The notes beneath the pieces are model-generated. The model ran no database searches and had not been told where the DNA came from. It was given only the letters and a program-made list of their open reading frames with translations. A DNA stretch of 63,848 nt, filler included, from Octopus bimaculoides (Eukaryota), in assembly GCF_001194135.2 (NCBI RefSeq). It is 5 parts of 4 records of this genome, joined end to end, with 100 filler letters (N's around TTAATTAATTAA, not from the genome) between each part and the next. Parts side by side here need not be neighbours in the genome. Positions count along the whole stretch, not along the records: positions 9,483 to 37,378 come from NC_068995.1; positions 37,479 to 42,078 come from NC_069001.1; positions 42,179 to 58,925 come from NC_068984.1; 2 more parts are not named here. One strand, written 5' to 3'. Within the stretch, counting starts at the first letter, position 1; each line of letters begins with the position of its first letter. Below are positions 35,957-50,440 of this stretch, piece by piece. A program made the position numbers and the translations under genes.

Positions 35957-37378
35957 ACTAGCAACTAAGCCTGGTTTCACCTGGTCTGTTTGAATGATGT
36001 GGCTGTGATTGTTTTTGGTTAGGTATAATCTATAACAGCGTTTCTCAACCTTATCATTTCGGGTCCCCTGTTTTGATTGGAGCCTCCAACTGTATAAACC
36101 CCCCCACTCTTGTCAGAAAACAGCTTAAGGAGTTGTGAAGAACAAATTTTACGTAGTCTGTTTCTGAGAGCTATTCTATTGGACCTTTGTCTAATCATTA
36201 AAACATTGGGTGATCTTTCGATATGGGAACATACGACTGTCACTTATAAACCATTTATAAACCATGTGTGTTTATTTACATTTTTGAAGATGATCTTTGG
36301 TTTCTGTAAAAAATTATTATTTTTTGAATATGGGGTTGGGGGAAAGGGGATCTTTGAAGTTGGCATGAAAGTGAAAGAGACAGAGAGAGTGCAATTGTAT
36401 GAGTGGAGTTTTTTTTAAGTTGGCGTGAAGCAGAAGAATCGATGTGTGTGCTTGTGTGCGCGCACGTGTGTGTGTGTGCGCGCATGTGTGTGTGTGTGTG
36501 TGTGTGTGTATTTGATGGGGTGTGCGAGACAGAAGGTGTGGTGTGTATGTGAATTGCTTTTGTTAGTGTGTGAAGAGACAGAGAGTAATGTTGCTGGTGT
36601 GTGTGTATGTGTGAGAGAGGGAGAGAAAGAAAGAAATAGAGAGATAACTGAAATTTTTTATTCACTTTTTGTAGTGAGTGAATGTAAGTGATTGACAGAG
36701 AAAAAGCGAGAGAGAGAGGTTATGTATATTTGTATGTATGAATGGCTTCAGTGACACACACACGTACACATGCAGGTCATGTATGTATATATGTATGTAT
36801 ACATAGATGTATGTATCTATGTATGGCCAAGAGAGAGTTAATTGAAATTTTTTATTCACTTTTGTAGTGAGTGAATGTGTGAGTGACTGACAGAGAAAAG
36901 GAGAGAAAGGTTATGTATGTATGTATGGCTTTGGCTGACTCATCCTGTACTCCCCTTGTTGCTAGCGAAATGGTATATGCCGGTTGTGTGAGCAACTGGT
37001 TGTTTTAATGGCTGAACAAACAGGGGAATTCCATTAGAAAAAGTTTTAATCGATTTTCTCGGTAACTATGGGGGCTAAGAAAAAAATACAAATTGCATTC
37101 CAATCTATGCACCTGTCACCACGTGTGCCATTTTTCACGCGAATCCACCCAGCTGTTTAACTGTGAACCTCAAGATAAGAAAGAATACAACGATCGCCCA
37201 TGTCCAATTTATATTATAGACTAGCAGCTAAGCCTGGTTTCACCCGGTCTGTTTGGATGATGTGGCTGTGATCGTTTTTGGTTAGGCATAATCTATAACA
37301 GCGTTTCTCAACCTTATCATTTCGGGTCCCTTGTTTTGATTGGAGCCTCCAGCTGTATGACCCCGCTCCCCATCAGAA
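35957..37378 (+). mobile_element. Helitron/Helentron-like non-autonomous element, one unit of about 1.26 kb plus the start of a second tandem unit
   Basis: The head ACTAGCA(A/G)CTAAGCCTGGTTTCACC(T/C)GGTCTG... occurs at 35957 and 37220. The junction reads ...ccaatttatattatag|actagc. Internal microsatellites and a sub-duplication are present. Confidence 0.5.
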
Positions 37379-38440
37379 NNNNNNNNNNNNNNNNNNNNNN
37401 NNNNNNNNNNNNNNNNNNNNNNTTAATTAATTAANNNNNNNNNNNNNNNNNNNNNNNNNNNNNNNNNNNNNNNNNNNNTTATTTATATATGTATATATAT
37501 ATATATTTATTTATATATGTATATATATATATATATTTATTTATATATGTATATATATATATATTTATTTATATATGTATATATATATTTATTTATATAT
37601 GTATATATATATTTATTTATATATATATATATATTTATTTATATATGTATATATATATTTATTTATATATGTATATATCTATATATATTTATATATGTAT
37701 ATATATATATTTATTTATATATGTATATATTTATTATTATTATTACTATTATTATTTAGTTGAACGCCACGCATTTATTTCCAAGTAAGTTTATATATAT
37801 GTATATATATTAAATACATATATAAATATACACGTACATGCCGTCCGTCACACACATACATATACACAAGCGTACACACTCATGAATATACAACACATAT
37901 ATATATATATACATATATAGATAGACACACACGCATGTATATAAATGTGTATATATAACGGGAGAAAACTAAACCTAGCAAACCTTTTGATTTTTACATT
38001 CATGTAAGCCAATGAAAATACGGCATTACTACAAAGCAGCGTGTCAACGAGGGCTTTTTTCTCTGAGTTTTCCAATCCAACTCTAAACCCTAAAGCAGTA
38101 AATTTTTATTTGATCTTCTTCGAGAGCACATGGGAATACTTTGCACTCATTATCTGCTGCAATGAATTAAAATAAGGCAAGTATTGCCAATGTGATAAAA
38201 TAAAGACGAGCAATTAATAAGGAAGAATATAATTCTTTTCTTGCGGACGAAAATAGAATGGGGATTATGAAATTACCTTTTTTTTTCTATTCTTCCATAC
38301 CTTTATGGAATTCATATTGCATGGAACAGGTGTTGGACAGCTCTAAGTGTTAAAGGGGGTCACGGTAATATATCAAATACGCAAACAGCCCCAAATCATC
38401 TATTTACCCAAGAACACAAGCTTACACACAGGTTCATATT

Positions 38441-38472
<32 letters not shown>

Positions 38473-38979
38473 NNNNNNNNNNNNNNNNNNNNNNNNNNNN
38501 NNNNNNNNNNNNNNNNNNNNNNNNNNNNNNNNNNNNNNNNNNNNNNNNNNNNNNNNNNNNNNNNNNNNNNNNNNNNNNNNNNNNNNNNNNNNNNNNNNNN
38601 NNNNNNNNNNNNNNNNNNNNNNNNNNNNNNNNNNNNNNNNNNNNNNNNNNNNNNNNNNNNNNNNNNNNNNNNNNNNNNNNNNNNNNNNNNNNNNNNNNNN
38701 NNNNNNNNNNNNNNNNNNNNNNNNNNNNNNNNNNNNNNNNNNNNNNNNNNNNNNNNNNNNNNNNNNNNNNNNNNNNNNNNNNNNNNNNNNNNNNNNNNNN
38801 NNNNNNNNNNNNNNNNNNNNNNNNNNNNNNNNNNNNNNNNNNNNNNNNNNNNNNNNNNNNNNNNNNNNNNNNNNNNNNNNNNNNNNNNNNNNNNNNNNNN
38901 NNNNNNNNNNNNNNNNNNNNNNNNNNNNNNNNNNNAGGAAAACAGGAGACCGCTTCAATAAGTGTGTGAATATGAGAGG

Positions 38980-39362
38980 TTGTTGGCACTCCGTCGCTTA
39001 CGACGTCGAGGGTTCCAGTTGATCCAATCAACGGAAGAGTCTGCTCGTGAAATTAACGTGCAAGTAGATGAGCACTCCACAGACACGTGTACCCTTAACG
39101 TAGTTTTCGGGGATATTCAGCGTGACACTGTGTGACAAGGCTGACTCTTTGAATTACAGGCACAACAGAAACAGGAAGTAAGAGCGAGAGAAAGTTGTGG
39201 TGGAAGAGTACAACAGGGTTCGCCACCATCCCCTGCCGGAGTCTCGTGGGGCTTTAAGTGTTTTTGCTCAATAAACACTCACAACGCCCGGTCTGGGAAT
39301 CGAAACCGCGATCCTATGACCGCGAGTCCGCTGCCCTAACCACTGGGTCATTGCGCCTCCAC
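38980..39362 (-). mobile_element. Full-length tRNA-derived SINE with 12-bp TSD
   Basis: The 5' head gcgcaatgacccagtggttagggcagcggactcgcggtc...tttcgattccc has A/B boxes, and the tail is (aac)n. GAATATGAGAGG is duplicated at 38968-38979 and 39363-39374. Confidence 0.88.
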
Positions 39363-39847
39363 GAATATGAGAGGAATATGCTGAATAAAATCATAGTTAA
39401 CTGATACCCCTGTAATTTCTTTTATTCAAAGCCCGGAAATTCTTAGGAACCCTTGGTAAAACAAATACAGGATGATCAAGGATGGAACAGATGAGATAAT
39501 ATGCCTGCATGATCAAAAATTGAATAGATGAGATAATATGCCTGCATGATCATGGATGACCTAGGGCTAAACAGTAACTAAGACACAACATGAACGAGAG
39601 TCTTTTAAACACACCAGTCATCACATCATACGCTGCCACTCACCATTCCTGCGCAACACTACAACACACACCACCACACTCCATCGCACTCCGCCACTCT
39701 CCATCGCACAACCAACACCTTATAATGAACACATAAACATGAGTCATACTATTCGTTGCACACAGGAAAAGCTCATTCGAACAAATATTATACATTCAAA
39801 TGAACACTTCCGCATTGGTAATCAAGTTTGGTAGTCTTGGAGTCATC

Positions 39848-39884
<37 letters not shown>

Positions 39885-39980
39885 ATGGTTGTATGTGTGT
39901 ATACGCACACACACACATGCAGATATACATGACCATTCATACATACATATATATATATGCATGTGTGTATATATATCTAC

Positions 39981-40014
<34 letters not shown>

Positions 40015-40024
40015 NNNNNNNNNN

Positions 40025-40061
<37 letters not shown>

Positions 40062-40557
40062 TGCACGCATGTGTATATCTGTGTGTATGCAGATATATGC
40101 ATATAAATATGCATGTATACATACATGTATACACGCAGATACGCGCACACACACACACACACGCAAACACACACACACATATATATATATACATATATAT
40201 ATACAGATGTATGTGAATTTATGTGATTTATGCATATATTCAACAACGTACTCTCACACACACACATATATAAATAATGTATACGTAGTGTGTATGATAA
40301 CAATAATTTATATATGCTATAATGTGTGTGAGTGTGTGTGTGTCAGTTTATTTCCAAAACGCGTGTAACGCATCGATACCAGTTGATTGAAATAACAAAT
40401 ACTTCTTGATATTTCAGAAAAAAGAAGGTACGATGAAGAAAAGAGCATTACTCTTTCTGTATGTCATCGACGAATAGGACCAAGTTTCAACTTCATAAAG
40501 ATTAGCGGAAAATATTCAAATATCGCCTGACTGTGCTTGAAAGCAGTCTAAAGAGAA

Positions 40558-40616
<59 letters not shown>

Positions 40617-40804
40617 TTGAAAAAGGGAAAGCAATGACTTCACTCGTGGTTCTTATCATTTTAATTTATTATTTTTTAATCTTTTAGCAATATAAATTTT
40701 TACACTTTATTTTGTAGATCTACGAGCAAAAGTGTAACATTTATATGACTAAAACATTAAAAAATAACAAATCAAACTATAGGCCAGCAATTTTGTGGGA
40801 TTGT

Positions 40805-41075
40805 TGTTTGTCCCTTCTCGAGCCATGCCTGACTCGTAAGGGCCGCTTTCCCGGATTCATTGGCGTATAGGTTCCCCACCTGGACGGGACACCGATCCGT
40901 CGCAGGTGAGCTGCTAGATGCTGGAGGAAAGAGTGTGAGGAAGTTCTGGCGAAAGAGTCAGCAGAAATATGCCATTACCTTCTGCCGAAGTCGCATGGAG
41001 CTTAGGTGTTTCGCTCATAAATATACACATCGCCCGGTCTGAGATTCGAACCCGCGATCCCTCGACACTCTAACC
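40805..41075 (-). mobile_element. tRNA-derived SINE, related family
   Basis: It has a B-box (ggttcgaatc) and a body similar to 38980-39362. Confidence 0.6.
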
Positions 41076-41647
41076 ACGAGGCTATGTGCCTTCATAATTT
41101 TGTGGGATGGGGCTACCTTATTACGTCAACCCTAGTACTCCTGATACTTTATTGAACCCGAAAGATAAAACTACCCCGGCGGAATTTGAACTCAAGACGT
41201 GGTGCCGGAAGAAATGCCGCTAAGCATTTTGTCCATTGTGCGAACAATTCTGCCAGCATGCCACCTTAATAAAGTCCTAAGTAAATAATAATTAAACAGG
41301 GTTTGTCACGACTGGCTGGAACAATTTCTGAGCTCTGCGGTCTTCGATCTGTGTTGATCGCGATGTATGGAATAGAAGCAATCCCTATATGGTATAAACA
41401 ACAGAAAACACCATGGCACTCAGGATGTGATCCACACAACATATCCTGGGGTTAATGTTTGATGTCGATAGACATGGGAAGGTTGTAGTTTTAGCTTTAA
41501 AGCGAGGAAAAAGTTTTTCGTCCCTTCATAATTATTTCCCTACGTAACGTTTCTGATTTATTATACCACTTCCGTTGCATAAATTAATCGATTGCATATT
41601 CATAACGTCCGCGCACAAATGTACACGCAAATATAAATACATGCATT

Positions 41648-41734
<87 letters not shown>

Positions 41735-41796
41735 TAACGTGTGCGTAATCGTGTGTAAATATATATACATATGTGTGTAGATATATTTATGCATAT

Positions 41797-41829
<33 letters not shown>

Positions 41830-41830
<1 letters not shown>

Positions 41831-42078
41831 GTATGTGCATATATATGTATGTGCATATATATGTATGTGCATATATATGTATGTGCATATATATGTATGT
41901 GCATATATATGTATGTGCATATATATGTATGTGCATATATATGTATGTACATATATGTGTATGTACATATATGTGTACGTACATATATGTGTACGTACAT
42001 ATATGTGTACGTACATATATGTGTACGTACATATATGTGTACGTACATATATGTGTACGTACATATATGTGTACGTAC
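41830..42078. repeat. 16-bp minisatellite with two unit variants
   Basis: (gtatgtgcatatatat)n grades into (gtgtacgtacatatat)n. Confidence 0.85.
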
Positions 42079-43159
42079 NNNNNNNNNNNNNNNNNNNNNN
42101 NNNNNNNNNNNNNNNNNNNNNNTTAATTAATTAANNNNNNNNNNNNNNNNNNNNNNNNNNNNNNNNNNNNNNNNNNNNCATCATCATCATCATCATTGTT
42201 TAACGTCCGCTTTCCATGCTAGCATGGGTTGGACGATTTGACTGAGGACTGGTGAAACCGGATGGCAACACCAGGCTCCAATCTAATTTGGCAGAGTTTC
42301 TACAGCTGGATGCCCTTCCTAACACCAACCATACATATATATATATGTATGTATGTATATATATATGGCTCTGTGGTAAGAGTGTCGGGTGCACAATCAT
42401 GACTACCCATCTGATAAGGGTACACCAGACATATGCATCACAACCATATATGCGCGACACAGTGATCTCATATCAAAATAAATAGCGCATGACCTCGCAA
42501 GTGGGGCCCAATTAGAATTTTCTTCAGGTCGAGTAGCCCATCCCGCTCAGATGGGTAATCATGATGGGTATAATGGGCTTTGTATATTTTACCCCAGTGT
42601 CACTTTGATGGCATGCACTGCCCTCTCACTCAATAATAATAATAATAATAAGGATAATAATAATAATATAATAATAATGATAACAATAATGATGATGATT
42701 TCAAATTTTGGTACAAGGCCGGTATTTTCAGGGGAAGGAGTAAGTTGATTACATCAACCCCCAGTGCTCAGCTGGTACTTATTTTATTGACCCCAAAAGG
42801 ATGAAAGTCAAAGTTGACCTTGGCAGAATTTGAACTCAGAATGAAAAGCTGGGTGAAATGCTGCTAAGCATTTTCCCCAGCATTGCAAGGATGTAGAATT
42901 TTCAGATTAGCTTCCAACATTCTATAAGACCATTGCAAGTGAGATATTAATTCCCCCTTGTTAAAGTATGTCTATGAAAAAGCACAACTAGATACTCGGG
43001 TAGAGTGGTGGTATAACTAGCCTAGGTTTGGCAACCTTGAAATGCATCCAGTCTTGAAGGACAACTCCCAGCATAAAGCCCTATTAACGTCCTAGCTTTT
43101 TAGTTACTTACTTACATATTTATCTAACCACATATGTACATCTGTGTGTGTGTGTGTAG

Positions 43160-43192
<33 letters not shown>

Positions 43193-43437
43193 CACACAAA
43201 CACTCATATGGAAAACATTTTAAATAAAATTGTATAGGATTATCAACATTTGGATTAGAACATGTTCTACAATTGATTTAATATAAATCGATTAAATGTA
43301 CAAAATTATTATATCAAAAGACCCTAAGACATATATTCAGCAGAAATACATGTCAAAATATAGTATGAAGAAAATGGTTTTTGCTAAATAAATTTTAAAG
43401 ATGTGTAATTCTCCATTCTTCATTATTTTGACTTGAT

Positions 43438-43479
<42 letters not shown>

Positions 43480-43659
43480 AATCTTAATCATCATCACCAA
43501 CATCATCATTTAATATCAGTTGTCCATACTGGCATGGGTTGGACAGTATGACCAGAGCTGGCAAGCTTGGGGGCTGCACCATACTCCATTCTGATTTGGC
43601 ATAGTTTCTATGGCTGGATGCTCTTCCTAACACCAACCACTTTACAGAGTGTACTGGGT

Positions 43660-43935
43660 GCTCTTATATGACACCAAATGGGTGCTTTACATGTTGCCAC
43701 ACAGATGCGTTTATGTGTTGCTGTATGGGCTCTTTTACATGTTGTCACATGGGTGCTTTTACATGTCACCGAACAGGCACTTTTATGTGTTGCCATACAA
43801 GTGCTTTTACATGTAGATGTATGGGCTCTTTTATGTGGCACTGCACAGACACTTTTATGTGTTGCCTAATGAGCCTCTTTATGTGGCACCGCATGGGTGC
43901 TATCATGCGGCACCACACATGCACTTTCATGTGAC
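43660..43935. repeat. Degenerate minisatellite of about 24 bp inside an RTE-type tail
   Basis: About 11 units of atggg(t/c)(g/t)cttttacatgt(t)gccac. Confidence 0.75.
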
Positions 43936-44643
43936 ACCACTATGTGTGTTTTATGCAACCAGAAGGGTCAGTCTTATCACGTCTGCTGTGGGGCACAGGT
44001 CTTTTTATAGTATAGCCAGGTGCCAGGTGTTTCAGTCTTTTGTCATCTCACCTGAAAGGTTCAGCTTCCTGAGGTCCTTCTTCAGATTACCTATAGCATA
44101 CTCAGTAATCTACATGAAATTCATCAAAGTAAACTCAGGTTTCACCAATCAGAGGGAGTATAGTTAAACCCTTTAGCATTCAGATTACTCTGTTCAATTG
44201 TAATGCATGTTTATTCACATTGTTTTGAATTAGTCATGCACCTTGATGTAGCTTTGGGATTTCAATGATGTGTTTGTTAATATTTAGAATTACATTGTAG
44301 GATACGTGTGAGAGGTTGGACCTGGCTAGTCTGAACATGAAATAGGTAGAATATCTCGGCTACATATGTTTGGTTTAAATGCTAAAGAGTTAATTGTGTA
44401 TTCTATACGATTCTAAATGTTTCCTATCTCTCAATGTGGTTAGTCATATTTGGATTTTATCAGAGTTCTCATGAAATATCTGCTAGATTTTAATAATCCT
44501 ATTCTTCTGCATTTTATATATATTTATGTACATGTGTGTGCGTGTGTGTGTGTATATATATTATACACACACACACACACACACAGACACACACATACAC
44601 ACATACAAACATATGTATATAGATATATATATATAAATATATA

Positions 44644-44705
<62 letters not shown>

Positions 44706-45557
44706 CACAAATACACATGTATATAAAGATACATGTGTGTATACATGTATGCTTAAGTATATATATGTGTATGTATTTATATGTATATGTGTGTATTGAG
44801 TGTATTATATGAAAAAGGTATTCTTAGATTCTGAATAAGACTTCAATATTATCTTCATATTTAAAAATTTTTCCTTCCTATTGTTTTTCATTTTTTTCCT
44901 GACTTTTTTTTATTATTTCACTAATATTTAAATAANNNNNNNNNNNNNNNNTTTTAGCAAAAAAACTTCCAAAACAGAAAAAAAAAATGAAATAAAAGTA
45001 AAAAAAAAACAAAAACATTTTTTTAACCGAATGAAAAATATAATAAAAAAAAATAGTAATGAAATAAAGAAAAATAATTTAAAATATTTCAGAAGAAAGA
45101 AACAAGTTAATGAAAATACGAAATCATTTTGAATAAACACTGTATTTTAGGAAATCTTAAAATGATTTACCATTAAAAATGTCAAATTTGTTTCTATAGT
45201 TAGAGCTAGCAATCTTGTAGTACATTATTAAACTATTTTCCTCTTGTATTCTTTCTGTATCTGCTTGAGGCAGAATTTTGAACTTAAGCAGAGCGGGCAG
45301 TCTCTTGAATAGATTATTACAGAGAATAATGCATTTTTCAAAATGAAGGTCCAACATTTTATTTACAGTATAATTTATAATTAAAGAGAAACTAGTTTTT
45401 CCTCCAACACTATCATCACATCATCATATCATCACTCCAAATTTTTCTGTTTGTTTTCTTCGTCTTTCTGGTCTGTTTAAGAAAAAAAAAAAAAAAAATC
45501 TAATTGCCAGAAGTTATCTTTCAGCAATATACATACATATATANNNNNNNNNNCAAT

Positions 45558-45599
<42 letters not shown>

Positions 45600-45686
45600 T
45601 TGTTTGTATGTATGTATGTAAGTATGTGCTTGTGTTTGTATATATATGTGTATATACATACATTTATATATATACATATATCAAAC

Positions 45687-45717
<31 letters not shown>

Positions 45718-45917
45718 CATGTGCATGCATATGTGTGTATCTAGTGTATGTATGTATTTTAATTATTATATATCGATTTCAAATTTCCTATATGAGGAAG
45801 ATCTTTAATAATATCATAGGATAAGTAAAGCAAGTGAAACTAAAAGCTATTTTATTTCCATAGAATGTGTTTCTTGGCCTGCAGAATGATTCAGTGATGA
45901 AAATAATAATAATAATG

Positions 45918-45951
<34 letters not shown>

Positions 45952-46003
45952 TAATAATAATAATAGCAATAATGATAATAATGATAATAATAATAACAAC
46001 AAC

Positions 46004-46085
<82 letters not shown>

Positions 46086-49000
46086 TTAACTAATAAAATG
46101 CAATATATAAGAATCAATTGGAATTGTTTCATGTAATGATATATCTCGTGATCAGAGCTGGGCTGAAAGGGTTAACTGATTTTGGTTGAGCAGCTGAAAA
46201 GCATAAATCCACGGTTATTTATAAAATGAAAGTAAAAGAAATCTAGAAAACCCCACTTAGAAAAATAACAATAGAATTTGTATAGAAAATACCCAATATT
46301 GTCCTTAAATGGGAACCAACTTATTGAGTTTTGGGACAGTATTAAATCTTTTGTATTTGATGGGGGTAAATTGTCATGATGGAATGAATCAGCAGGGTCA
46401 TTACTGTATATTTTGTGGTATGTGTTCTGATGCTCTGTGCTCTTAGTTCAAATTCGATAAATATCAAATATGTTGTCCAGATTTTTGGGGTCAATAAAAA
46501 GGTATCACTCCAAGGCTGTTGAATTGTAGAACTGTCAGAATGTCAAACCTTCTAGATTGCAGCATATGTTACAGCTCTTTGCATTCTGAGTTCAAATCCT
46601 GCCATAGCTAACTTGGCTTAACACATCCATCAGCTGGCACCACAGGTGCCTTTAGTGAGGTCCACTTTGTTGTAAGCATTTCAGCCAGGTTTCAAAGCTA
46701 GTGATACCTTCACCCATCCCTTCTAGCAATCTTGGAAATTCTGTAAATAGTTTTGAGTATTGCCTTCTTTCATTGCCAAAAAATAACAAAAAAATGTATC
46801 AAGAATAAATTATGGTGGTGGAACCCATGTTTCTAAAAGCTGGCTCCATAAGAACCAGACAAGTAAAAACCAATAGTTAGCTACCTAATAACGATGCCAA
46901 ACACTATTAACAAATGGATCATAGATATTCTACAAAATTTCTACAAGAAAACATTAATATTAATGGTTTGCTGCTATTGTAATGCATGCCGGAACTTAAT
47001 CAACCTCAACGGAGGCAATTGGTTAAAAGGGTCTGTTGTTGAAAGTCCCAATAGCCCTGAGATCCTAGAAACATTACTGATGCTGCATCCTATAGCATCT
47101 ACATGATATATCCTAAAATTAAACAAAAGGAGATGTATTCAGTGCCCTAATGACATACATACTTTTGATACTGTAGCGGCACAAGCAGGCACCACCATAT
47201 TGGGTGAGATCTCACAGCAGCCATTGCCATCTCCTAGAGTGGAGTGAGACTTCACCTGCATCCATTTGCCATGTGCAAGCTCACAACGAGGCTCGTGATG
47301 GCAAACTACAAAAAGAAAGAAACCACGAGGTTTGATCTTTCTTTTCCTGCTGCGACCGCTAGCAGAGCCCACTTCACTGGCTTGTCACATCTCCTGAGGC
47401 AATGGCCCACGTAATGGAGAACGATGAATTCATACCGCATGAGAGCAACACACCACATCTTTGTTTTATGTTGCATATTCAAAATAAAGAATTTTTTAAA
47501 AACAATATTGGAGCGTGGAAGGTGTTTATAAGCCATTTAAAAAACAGAAAAACCGTTATATTCAACTTAAATTTAAGTGCAAAAGAGCAACACAACACAT
47601 CTTTGTATATATTGTAAGTAAACCTAATGGAAAACCTGCGTTTTGCCTAATACTTCTTTACTTGACTGCTGGAGCCTTAGCAATATGAAGAATAAGAAAT
47701 TAACGGGAGAAAGGTGATATTCAACCAATATCCAGATCCTTGCCTCCCATTATAATAGCAAAGGCACCAAATATTTTACAGCAAAGTAATTATCCTCTTT
47801 GATATCAATCTGTCTGCAACTGCACCTGACTTTTATAATACAGACTCCCTGTTTTTAAGTAATCTAATTAAAACTTTCCATCGAAATTTCATGATAATTT
47901 TTGTTCTTAAGTTCAGCTTAATATTGCAAACAATTATTTTACTACTTTTTAAAGAAGACCAGTAGCTAATAGCAACACCAGCAACCCTTCTGGTACTGTT
48001 TTTCTATATATTACTAGTGAGGAGATGAGTCACTGTTATATCTACTCGTTGAGTATCCGTCATTGATGAGACCAAGAAAGGTCAAAGTCACAGGATCTGG
48101 TGATCTTGGCACTAGAGATGATGGGGTTTTACCTCCCCCGCCAGTAAAATAAGCAAGAATGCATTTTGTTGCAAAAGCCAGTATGAGAGCTTCTTTCATG
48201 GTAACTACCACAGTATAGATTATTCTAAAAGAAAATCCACGTTTAAGTGGGGATAAATACTGGCCATAGACAAATTTTAATTTGCTTGGAAACATGTGAA
48301 GGCTGAATTCAGGAAAACTATAATAGCTAACCATAGAAAAATATGCTTCAGCAAATCCTGTTTGACCCATGCAAGCATGGAAAAGAGGACATTAAATGAT
48401 TTAAACAATATTTTCATGATAATGTCAGTCTTTCACATTTTTATTTAGTCCCAATAACAAAGATTGCAGATTTCCAAAAGTAACTCGTAGTTTGGATGAT
48501 TTGAGAATTAACAGTAAGATTTGATATGAATATATTAATAACAGTCAAACTGGATAGTCCATCTGGATTTGATAAATATGGTACCAGTAATATACATGTG
48601 CTAATGAAACTGCATATCCTTGGTCCATTCAACAATTGGCTTTATGCCTGAATAAGAGATAATTATGTACTGCCAATCCTTTTAATGATGCAGAAATATG
48701 GCGAAAATTGATATAGTTAGCACTTCCTTTGATCTGGAGAAATATTAATGATCTGGAGGGGATATATAGAAAGGAATATAGTTCTTGAGAAATATAGGGT
48801 TTTCAGTTGTGGAATGTGAGCGGTGCACATGTGTGCGTGTGTGTAGTTGTGGGGGAACGGTTTGCATAAATAAAGGTCTGTTCATTAAGTAAAGTTCTGA
48901 CTGATGACAATAGAAAGGAAGAATGTAGAACAGGGTAAAACAAAGATAGAGAAAGAAAGAATGAGAAAGAAAACTGAGAAAGTGAAAGTCATATGGAAAT

Positions 49001-49473
49001 ACACATGCACATGCAAATGCACACATATATACAACAAAGACACACACATAAACACATGCACACACACACACACACAAATATACATACATGTGGAATAAAT
49101 AAATAATCAAAAGAATGCTTTGGTGAAGGATTAGAAATACATTGGGACTAAGCCAGCAGCCGAAGAGCTGCAAATGGCAGTTTAAGTAATGGTAAAAGAG
49201 GCAGAAAGAAGACACACTTGAATTGTGTGCCAAAATCTGAAGATGGTAGATTTGACTAACACACTAACAGAGGGTTTTACTGGAAGTTTCTTGGGTACCA
49301 AATTTGACACATAGCCCAGTTATTCAGTTTAGAAGTTTATATGATATTTCAGCTTGGTGTTTCTATTTAGGATGACCAAATTATGAACAAATAGGGGTTT
49401 CCTTTTATTAGACAAAAGGTTAATTTTAATAGAAATGAGATCTTCGTGACCTTGGTTCTACATTCGATTCCTT

Positions 49474-49712
49474 ACTCTCTTTATTCTTTTACTCTTTTAC
49501 TTGTTTCAGTCATTTGACTCCGGCCATGCAGGAGCACTGCCTTTAGTTGAGCAAATCAATCCCAGGACTTATTCTTTAGAGGCCTAGTACTTATTCTATC
49601 GGTCTCTTTTGTTGAACCGCTAAGTTACGGTGACGTAAACACACCAGCATCGGTTGTCAAGCGATGTTGGATTGACAAACACAGACACACAAACACACAC
49701 ACATATATATAC

Positions 49713-49753
<41 letters not shown>

Positions 49754-49915
49754 ACGGGCTTCTTTCAGTTTCCGTCTACCAAATCCACTCACAAGGCTTT
49801 GGTCGGCCCAAGGCTACAGTAGAAGACACTTGCCCAAGGTGCCACACAGTGGGACTGAACCCGGAACCATGTGGTTGGTAAGCAAGCTACTTACCACACA
49901 GCCACTCTTACGCCT
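49474..49915 (-). mobile_element. Near full-length tRNA-derived SINE with internal microsatellite (most abundant family in the window)
   Basis: Head aggcgtaagagtggctgtgtggtaag...ggttccgggttcagtccc; tail ...gactgaaacaagtaaaagagtaaaagaat. Partial copies lie at about 4275-4470(+), 6980-7030(-), 8895-9065(+), 17905-18270(-), 26790-27170(-), 27500-27710(+), 33820-33930(-), 50470-50620(-), 60240-60400(-) and 61030-61130(-). Confidence 0.85.
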
Positions 49916-50089
49916 GGAATTTATCTTATATCAAGTATCTTGTATCTAATTTTTAATCATATTCACTGATCTAATGAATGTTAGTGACAGCTTTGGAAGA
50001 TTCACTTAGATTTAATGAACTACAAAATGCTTGAATTTTCTATGGTGGACTGTAATATGAGTTTTAAAAAGCTGTAGGTATTTAAGTCA

Positions 50090-50440
50090 CAGTACATTGC
50101 TCAGTGGTTAGAGCATCAGGCTCACAATCATAAGGTAGTGAGTTTGATTCCTGGACTGGGTTGTATGTTGTGTNNNNNNNNNNTCCTGGACTGGGTTGTA
50201 TGTTGTGTTCTTGAGTAAGACACTTTATTTCACATTGCTCCAGTTCACTCAGCTGTAGAAATATGTTGCGATGTCACTGGTACCAAGCTGTATCGGCCTT
50301 TGTTTTCCCTTGGGATAACATCAGTAGCATGTAAAGGGGAGCTGGTATGCATGGCTGACTGCTAGTCTTCCATAAACCACCTTGGGATACAAACACACCA
50401 ACACCAGTTGTCAGGTGGTAGTGGGGGACTATCAAAGACA
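50090..50440 (+). mobile_element. tRNA-derived SINE, third family
   Basis: Head gctcagtggttagagcatcaggctcacaatc...gagtttgattcctgg carries A/B boxes. Confidence 0.65.

Noticed and set aside
39300-39360. tRNA gene-like sequence
   Set aside because: It is the head of a SINE, with SINE body and TSD, not a stand-alone tRNA.
43660-43935. Repeat array as a CRISPR-like or Cys-rich coding repeat
   Set aside because: The units are degenerate with no unique spacers, the context is a eukaryotic RTE tail, and the ORFs are by-products.
48014-48370. 118-aa minus-strand ORF
   Set aside because: No recognisable domain and no convincing splice context.
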